DNA from: Amoebidium appalachense
Lineage: Eukaryota; Protista; Ichthyosporea
Direction: 5' to 3'
NCBI GenBank assembly: GCA_963693365.1
Contig: CAVNZM010000013.1
Location: 3,500,722-3,564,721, forward strand
Length of the DNA: 64,000 nucleotides
Below are positions 55,390 to 64,000 of this stretch, piece after piece. Below the pieces are notes generated by a model. The model did not search any database. It was not told the origin of the DNA and was given only the letters and a program-made list of their open reading frames with translations. The position numbers were made by a program, and so were the translations under genes. The stretch's first letter is position 1. Each line of letters starts with the position of its first letter.

Positions 55390-58270
55390 TTTTTTCACTA
55401 ACTACCCACAGAGTAGCTTCTAGCACGATAAATTCACCACAAATTATAAGGGGAGATGGTGAATGTGCCCTTGGAGTACGAGGGTCACACGAAAAAAACA
55501 CAACGTTGTAGCTCGTATAGAACCCCCCTTGTAGCACAGTATATGTCCATGTGTTCAACCTAGGCATTTTTGGTTTTTTCAATAACTACCCACAGAACAG
55601 CCTCTCGCCCGAGACATTTACCACAAAGTTTATGGGGGGGATGGTGAATGTGCGCCTGGAGTACGAGGGCCACACGAAAAAAACACAAGGTTGTAGCTCG
55701 AATAGAACCCCCCTTGTAGCATAGTATATGTACATGTGTTACTTACACATTATTGGTTTTTTCAATAACTACCCACAGAACAGCTTCTAGCACGAGACAT
55801 TTACCGCAAAGTTTATGGGGGGGATAGTGAATGTGCCCCTGGAGTACGAGGGTCACACGAAAAAAACACAACGTTGTAGCTCGAATAGAACCCCCCTTGT
55901 AGCATAATATATGTACATGTGTTACTTACACATTATTGGTTTTTTCAATAACTACCCACAGAACAGCTTCTAGCACGAGACATTTACCACACAGTTTATG
56001 GGGGGGATGGTGAATGTGCCCCTGGAGTACGAGGGTCACACGAAAAAAACACAACGTTGTAGCTCGAATAGAACCCCCCTTGTAGCATAATATATGTACA
56101 TGTGTTACTTACACATTATTGGTTTTTTCAATAACTACCCACAGAACAGCCTCTCGCACGAGAAATTTACCACACAGTTTATGGGGGGGATGGTGAATGT
56201 GCCCTTGGAGTACGAGGGTCACACGAAAAAAACACAACGTTGTAGCTCGTATAGAACCCCCCTTGTAGCATAGTATATGTCCATGTGTTACTAGGCATTT
56301 TTGGGTTTTTCAATAACTACCCACAGAACAGCCTCTAGCACGAGAAATATAACCAAACGTTTATTGGGGGGATGGTGAATGTGCCCCTGGAGTACGAGGG
56401 TCACACGAAAAAAACACAACGTTGTAGCTCGAATAGAACCCCCCTTGTAGCATAGTATATGTACATGTGTTACCTAGACATACCTACCCACAGAACAGCT
56501 TCTAGCACGAGAAATTTACCACAAAGTTTATGGGGGGGATGGTGAATGTGCCCATGGAGTACGAGGGTCACACGAAAAAAAACACAACGTTGTAGCTCGA
56601 ATAGAACCCCCCTTGTAGCATAATATGTGTACATGTGTTACTTACACATTATTGGTTTTTTCAATAACTACCAACAGAACAGCTTCTAGCACGAGACATT
56701 TACCACAACGTTTATGGGGGGGATGGTGAATATGCCCCTGGAGTACGAGGGTCACACGAAAAAAACACAACGTTGTAGCTCGTATAGAACCCCCCTTGTA
56801 GCATAGTATATGTACATGTGTTACTAGACATTTTTGGGTTTTTCAATAACTACCCACAGAACAGCCTCTAGCACGAGAAATATAACCAAACGTTTATTGG
56901 GGGGATGGTGAATGTGCCCCTGGAGTACGAGGGTCACACGAAAAAAACACAACGTTGTAGCTCGAATAGAACCCCCCTTGTAGCATAGTATATGTACATG
57001 TGTTACCTAGACATTATTGGTTTTTTTCAATACCTACCCACAGAACAGCTTCTAGCACGAGAACTTTACCACAACGTTTATGGGGGTGATGGTGAATGTG
57101 CCCCTGGAGTACGAGGGTCACACAAAAAAAACACAACGTTGTAGCTCGAATAGAACCCCCCTTGTAGCACAGTATATGTACATGTGTTACCTAGACATTA
57201 TTGGTTTTTTCAATACCTACCCACAGAACAGCTTCTAGCACGAGAAATTTACCACAAAGTTTATGGGGGGGATGGTGAATGTGCCCCTGGAGTACGAGGG
57301 TCACACGAAAAAAAACACAACGTTGTAGCTCGAATAGAACCCCCCTTGTAGCATAATATGTGTACATGTGTTACTTACACATTATTGGTTTTTTCAATAA
57401 CTACCAACAGAACAGCTTCTAGCACGAGACATTTACCACAACGTTTATGGGGGGGATGGTGAATATGCCCCTGGTGTACGAGGGTCACACGAAAAAAACA
57501 CAACGTTGTAGCTCGTATAGAACCCCCCTTGTAGCATAGTATATGTACAATGTCATGTGTTACCTAGACATTATTGGTTGTTTCGATAACTACCCACAGA
57601 ACAGCTTCTAGCACGAGAAATTTACCACACAGTTTATGGGGGGGATGGTGAATGTGCCATTGGAGTACGAGGGTCACACGAAAAAAACACAACGTTGTAG
57701 CTCGTATAGAACCCCCCTTGTAGCATAGTATATGTCCATGTGTTACCTAGACAGTTTTGGGTTTTTCAATAACTACCCACAGAACAGCTTCTAGCACGAG
57801 AAATTTACCACAAAGTTTATGGGGGGGATGGTGAATGTGCCCCTGGAGTACGAGGGTCACACGAAAAAAAACACAACGTTGTAGCTCGAATAGAACCCCC
57901 CTTATAGCATAATATGTGTACATGTGTTACTTACACATTATTGGTTTTTTCAATAACTACCAACAGAACAGCTTCTAGCACGACATTTACCACAACGTTT
58001 ATGGGGGGGATGGTGAATATGCACCTGGAGTACGAGGGTCACACGAAAAAAACACAACGTTGTAGCTCGTATAGAACCCCCCTTGTAGCATAGTATATGT
58101 ACATGTGTTACCTAGACATTATTGGTTGTTTCAATAACTACCCACAGAACAGCTTCTAGCACGAGAAATTTACCACAAAGTTTATGGGGGGGATGGTGAA
58201 TGTGCCTCTGGAGTACGAGGGTCACACGAAAAAAACACATCATTATAGCCCGGATTGAAACCCCCCTTGT
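55390..58270. repeat. ~183-bp satellite, 16 tandem copies
   Basis: Unit AACTACCCACAGAACAGCTTCTAGCACGAG...GGAGTACGAGGGTCACACGAAAAAAACACAACGTTGTAGCTCG.. starts near 55400, 55584, 55767, 55950, 56133 ... 58136. One shortened copy at ~56480; edge copies are more diverged. Confidence 0.97.
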
Positions 58271-58426
58271 ACCATATATATCATATAATATCATGTGGCA
58301 TGTGTTAGTTTCGCGTTATTGGTTTCCTAGCACGAGATATTCAGCACACAGTTGGGGTTGTGGGGGCAGTGTACACCTACAATATCAGGGGTACCTCGCG
58401 GCAAACCCCCCCCCCCCCCCCCCCCC

Positions 58427-60246
58427 TGTTAAATTGTATAAGTATTTGGGATGTAAGCAGAGACACAGTGGTGCAGTGTGAAAACACCACAGACACACAC
58501 AACAACAAAACACGGAACGAACATTTAATGCCATGCTGGACTTGGAGGCACGGTGGGCACGGTTGCTCCGGAGTTGCATCTTGAGGTCTTGACGTAACTC
58601 GATGCCCTTGACGTGGTTGTGGAGGGACTCGAAGTCGGGGAATAGCTTATCACCAAGTGATAGTCTTCGATAAGACGGTTGAACTCAGGGGTGAGGTCGT
58701 CTCTGGTGGTGAGTTCATTGAAGAACTTCTCAGCTAGACGAGGGAAGTGAATGGACTCATCTTGGAGGGACTGGAGCTGGTTCACGATGGTCTGCAGACG
58801 ACTCAGGTAGGTGGTGAATGATTCACCGGGCTGAAGGGCACAGGCATCCCACTGACGGTGAAGGATGCGGATCTGATCGGGTTTGCCTTGGAGGTAGTGT
58901 TGACGGAATTTCCACATGGCCCGTTCAGGGTCCATGCCAATACGGTACTGGGCAACGGTGGTGAGGACGGAAGGGTCGATGTTCTGTATCATATGGAGCA
59001 GGAGGCAATTGCGGGCCTCCTTGAGTTCCGCGGTAGTGCCGTAGCCATAGAAGGGGGGTTCACCGTCAACCGCGACGGTGGTAGGGGGGACGTAGTTGTC
59101 AGCAAGTACAACATCCACGAGTCGGACACCTTTAGTGCCGGTCATCATGCCGAGAAAAATGATTTCCCATTGAAAATAGGTGGTTTTGCTATCGGGACCA
59201 GTCTTCCCTTCACCTTTCCACATGGTTATTTTGTTTACACCAGTTTTGTTTGGATCCATGATTGAAAAACGATCGCGAGTTCTAGATGTGTGTAGGGAGC
59301 GTGCAAAAGGGCTGCATAACCTGTTAAATTGTATAAGTATTTGGGATGTAAGCAGAGACACAGTGGTGCAGTGTGAAAACACCACAGACACACACAACAA
59401 CAAAACACGGAACGATCGGAGCAGTGTACACAACAGACATCAATGTTTAGACACGACTGAACTGAATTTATTCTGATCTTCGAATAAATACCTGAAATTC
59501 CTCTAAGTCCAATCCATACATGATTTCCGACCAGTCGGAAATCAGATCTATCTCTAATAGAAACCAATCACTAAGAACCAATTGCTTTCAGAGAGATCCG
59601 GTACGCGGAGACGCACACGATAGGACACAGACACTAGTTAAGGTCAACTCGTGTCATCATCAAGGAAGTTCTAACCTATGACATACTGCAAAGACTCAGA
59701 CATATCACACTTAACCTTGATGATTGGTTAAAGCCCGGCAACACATGAAAACTAAAGTAAATTAATGAAGTCTAAACACACATGCTATTCTAAGTGTAGC
59801 CTAAGTGTGTTACCGTCCAATGAACACGTATTAAGTAACACAAATCTACCTAACATATATTAGTAGAAAAGAAATACGATTATACACATGAAGACAAAGA
59901 GAGAAAGAAAAGAAAATAAGGAAGGAGAAAGAGGAAGGAAAAGAGAGCACAGATCAACAAACAAGATAGCAATAGCATAACTATAACCAGAGATATTTAT
60001 GTACACACGAACATGTACACGTCTCTCCCTGAGTGGGTGGATCCGTGTACACACATATAAATATTCTAATCGACATTACAACACACGATTAAAGCCGATA
60101 CAACACGATTACAAGTATACAAGCATATCGGAGATCGATGCTACACTTTACATAATAGGAGTGTGGCATTTACACTAAGCATATGAACTGAAACATAACA
60201 CAAACTGAGAAGATCTTACCATATGTAAATACTACGTATTACAACA
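58427..60246 (-). mobile_element. Deleted Ty1/Copia element inserted in a poly-C tract
   Basis: 5' LTR 59322-60246 (TGTTAAAT..ATTACAACA), minus-strand PBS GGTTATGCAGCCC, gag start, and only 94 bp of the 3' LTR (58427-58520 = 59322-59415). CCCCC on both flanks. Confidence 0.8.
58525..59259 (-). pseudogene. Truncated Copia Gag
   Basis: MDPNKTG..WKGEGK..YFQW (compare YEGEGK..YSMW in the Copia at 7663) and LQPGESFTTYLSRLQTIVNQL (UBN2-type Gag). Runs into the deletion junction. Confidence 0.8.
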
Positions 60247-60523
60247 CCCCCCCCCCCCAGGGGGGGGGGGGGGGGTCACGCGTGCGATGGTGCACTTATT
60301 ATTACGTTAACTAGGCAGGGTATAGCATCAACGTTATTATATGTGCTGCTGAGTTTCTTTGGTTGTACACCCGTCACCAGTCAATTTATTGGTGTTGGCG
60401 CCCACCTGTGACACCACCTCGGAAGACTGGGGTCACATGTGTGGTGCACACGGTGGGTAAATATCATCAAACTGTAGCTGCAAAAGAATGTGCAATTATG
60501 CATCACTGTCTGGTATTTGCCTA

Positions 60524-60566
<43 letters not shown>

Positions 60567-61216
60567 ACCGGGCCCCCCCTCCCCCCCCCCCCCCCCCCCC
60601 CCCCCAGGCCGCCTCTCCACACCACACACACACGCACCACACACACACACACTGCTGCAGAGCTACATGGATGCCTTCACCATCACGCGTGACGATATTT
60701 AATTAGTATTGGTGATATTGTACCAATACGTAACGTATATTGGTAATAGATAGTACATAGAATACTATATATATCACACGAATATAAATAATACGAGAGC
60801 CATATGGGGACCCCTTCCTGAATCGCACGCACGCGTGTATACGTCGCGTTGAAGATGTACTCCATCAACCAACTATTAACATAACAACGAGTACACAGGC
60901 CTGCCCGGGTGTACATACACGTCTGGGTGTTCACATCTTCCCCCACACATGACCTTTCTACGTAAAGCGGGGATAGGCCTCGAGTAAACAGCGTTAACGT
61001 TATAACTTAAGCTCCGTCGGAACGTATGGCAACGGTGTCCGAAATATGTCCACCATATCGCCAACCTCACCGATCCGCCGAGAATCGATCCAATCACATT
61101 ATGTACACCATGGGAATCCGCTTCTGATAGCAAATAGTGATTGGCTAAACCCAATCCGGTTTGCAATTTTTTGTCCGTTTAAGCCTGTACGCACGTTGTT
61201 TGCTCCATTTCTCTTC

Positions 61217-61340
61217 CCCCTTCCCGCAGGTCCGCAGGTGCTTTCCCGCAGGTCGCCTGGTCGCAGGTCCCTTCCCGCAGGTCGCCTGGTCGCAGTTCCC
61301 TTCCCGCAGGTCGCCTGGTCACAGGTCCCATCCGCAGGTC
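61217..61340. repeat. ~30-bp minisatellite CCCTTCCCGCAGGTCGCCTGGTCGCAG
   Basis: About 4 visible tandem copies. Confidence 0.85.
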
Positions 61341-62350
61341 GCGCAGCCACCGTGCTGAATGGTTTCGACCATGCTGCATGCTGCAGCTTCTTCGCCTAAC
61401 AGCTGAATGGCCGTTTGAAGGTTAGTTTTGTGTTGCCTGCTTTTGTGCATGTGGCGTTTGTCTGTCTGGTCTGTGTCCGTGCCTGTGAATATGTCTGTGT
61501 CTGTGTCTGTGTCTGTGTGCGTGTGTGTGTATGTGTGTGCGTGCGTGTGCGTGTGCCTGCTGACTGCAGATGCACGTTGCCTTTTCACGTTCATGAACCA
61601 GCGACTGTGGGCACTACTTTTGCTGTTAGCACTATAGCTATCATCCCCTCCACCAGTCGTTCAGCTATTTTCTGCTTCTCTAGACTTCATAAGTTCTGGT
61701 CCGGGTTTCCGTCCTTACTAAGTTTGAGGTTGGTTCTGTCGACTCTTTTTTTGCCCTCCGCAGTCCGCGCAGCCACCGGGCTGAATGGTTTCGACCATGC
61801 TGCATGCTGCAGCTTCTGCGCCTAACGGCTGAAAGGCCGTTTGAAGGTTAGTTTTGTGTTGCCTGCTTTTGTGCATGTGGCGTTTGTCTGTCTGGTCTGT
61901 GTCCGTGCCTGTGAATATGTCTGTGTCTGTGTCTGTGTCTGTGTGCGTGTGTGTGTATGTGTGTGCGTGCGTGTGCGTGTCCCTGCTGGCTGCAGATGCA
62001 CGTTGCCTTTTCACGTTCATGAACCAGCGACTGTGGGCACTACTTTTGCTGTTAGCACTATAGCTATCATCCCCTCCCCCAGTCGTTCAAGCTATTTTCT
62101 GCTTCTCTAGACTTCATAAGTTCTGGTCCGGGTTTCCGTCCTTACTAAGTTTGAGGTTGGTTCTGTCGACTCTTTTTTTGCCCTCCGCAGGTCGCGCAGC
62201 CACCGTGCTGAATGGTTTCGACCATGCTGCATGCTGCAGCTTCTTCGCCTAACGGCTGAAAGGCCGTTTGAAGGTTAGTTTTGTGTTGCCTGCTTTTGTG
62301 CATGTGGCGTTTGTCTGTCTGGTCTGTGTACTGTGTCTGTGTGCGTGTGT

Positions 62351-62386
<36 letters not shown>

Positions 62387-62580
62387 GCGTGTGCCTGCTG
62401 GCTGCAGATGCACGTTGCCTTTTCACGTTCATGAACCAGCGACTGTGGGCACTACTTTTGCTGTTAGCACTATAGCTATCATCCCCTCCACCAGTCGTTC
62501 AAGCTATTTTCTGCTTCTCTAGACTTCATAAGTTCTGGTCCGGGTTTCCGTCCTTACTATGTTTGAGGTTTGTTCTGTCG
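61332..62580. repeat. ~420-bp tandem repeat, 3 copies
   Basis: Units start near 61332, 61758 and 62185; near-identical apart from an internal GT-microsatellite. Confidence 0.95.
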
Positions 62581-64000
62581 TTTTTTGCCACTCTAGAGGT
62601 GGGTACAGGCTCTTTGTCCTATGGCTGCTGTTGTTTCCGTTTTTCGTTTCTGTGTTGCCCCAGCCCAGCCTGTTGTGCTTGTGTGGTAGTTTTCTTTTTC
62701 TTTTTTCTTCTTTTTTTCTTCTTTTTTTGTCATGATTCTTTTTGGTATTTTTTGTTTGCATAAGAGTAATGTTGATACGAGATGCGAGATAAAGTAGATA
62801 GTAGAGAACGGATGCCACCTGGGGTGGTATGTTAGTTGTGTTGTTAACTTGTGTGCTGTAGGATGCCACCTGGGGTGGTATATTAGTTGTGTTGTTTACT
62901 TGTGTGCTTGATGCCACTATCCAACCGAAGTTAATAAAGTGACCATACGGAACACGTATGGATGTCGACATGGTGCAATACATTGGCAATTTATTGACAA
63001 TGATCATGGGGCTGTGCTTACCGTACCGTGATGATATTGCCAATATATTGAGCATGTGATTGAGGTATCAATAAAGTTATTATTAATACAATGGCAATGT
63101 TCGTCATACGTATTATTCTTAGATATAAGACGTTACTCCGATATGCCTTTCATATTATAAGCGCACTTATACTGTACTTTGCATGCATTCGTTCCCATTA
63201 TCAATTTATTGGCAATGTATTTGGATAATATAGTGTGATATTTATAATATATATGTAATGCATTATCAACACTTATATCTTTATGGTGGTGGTATCATTC
63301 GTATGTTGGCAATATATGCTTGATATGGAACATACTTACATATTTCTTATTTGTAATGTGTTGGGAGTGTATTAATCATACCTCTGTTTATGTCATCAAT
63401 ATACTCACGATATATGAGCAACCTATCGGCGATACCGCATTTATATATTGATTATAGTTGGATCATATGTTGGCAATACATTGTTTATATGTTTCTTGAT
63501 ATTTAAATCTTTGTATTTCTATGAATTACATAGTGGCAATACATTAATAATGCGTTCATAGTGCAACTACAATGCGAAAATACAGTATTATCCATATCAT
63601 TATCTGTATTTTTGATATTATTTGGTTGTTATTGTAATATCGCCCGGGTATAATTGATATTGGCAATACGTCTATAATGCTAGCGCAATAGTAATGCAAT
63701 GGCAATGTAATGGCACTCTAATGTATTGGCGATATTGATGTAACATATACTGGATAATATATTCATATCAGCGGGATATCGACAATAGAGGGTATTGGTA
63801 CTGTATTACCATTGACAATACCAAAGCAATGTTATTGCAATATGGCGTTCCTATTGGCGGCAAGGGGTTCTATTGCCAATATCGCCAATAGCGCCAATAG
63901 CAAAAAATACGTTGGCAATACTTCCGGGAAGTTTGCTGATGGTGTACATGAATATCTTATGTTGTAACTGTGCTATCGTGTTCATGTTTGTTGTTCTGTG

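Noticed and set aside
55390-58270. Regular array resembling a CRISPR locus
   Set aside because: The whole unit is repeated with no unique spacers; there are no cas genes and the context is eukaryotic.
59322-59855. Shorter LTR ending at TAACA 59855
   Set aside because: Its flank TATAT does not match the left flank; ending at 60246 gives matching CCCCC flanks.

Overview
Eukaryotic, repeat-rich genomic DNA with spliceosomal GT-AG introns, LTR/LINE/DNA transposons and very abundant poly-C/G and (CA)n tracts. The organism cannot be identified from the sequence alone. 1-8 kb holds a cluster of LTR retroelements: a decayed chromodomain Ty3/Gypsy 3' end, a truncated 5'LTR-PBS-gag-protease element, and a young Ty1/Copia that lost RT. 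9-12 kb holds an uncharacterised minus-strand gene or pseudogene. 13-17.6 kb is an apparently intact two-ORF APE/RT LINE. 18.6-32.8 kb is a 15-exon DNA polymerase eta gene (about 735 aa, reconstructed by hand, including a 23-nt microexon), followed by a tandem, degraded copy of its exons 11-15. 41.7-45.2 kb is a small spliced bZIP gene with an atypical basic region and a TA-flanked Tc1/mariner-type element in its last intron. 49.8-63.9 kb is a 14-kb TIR element with about 1 kb of TATTGCCAATA subterminal repeats at each end, apparently inserted at an LTR/PBS junction. It carries a ~183-bp satellite with higher-order structure, a deleted Copia and further tandem arrays. Most ORFs in the supplied track are microsatellite translations. 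Exon models and alignments were read by eye and need RNA-seq or alignment confirmation.
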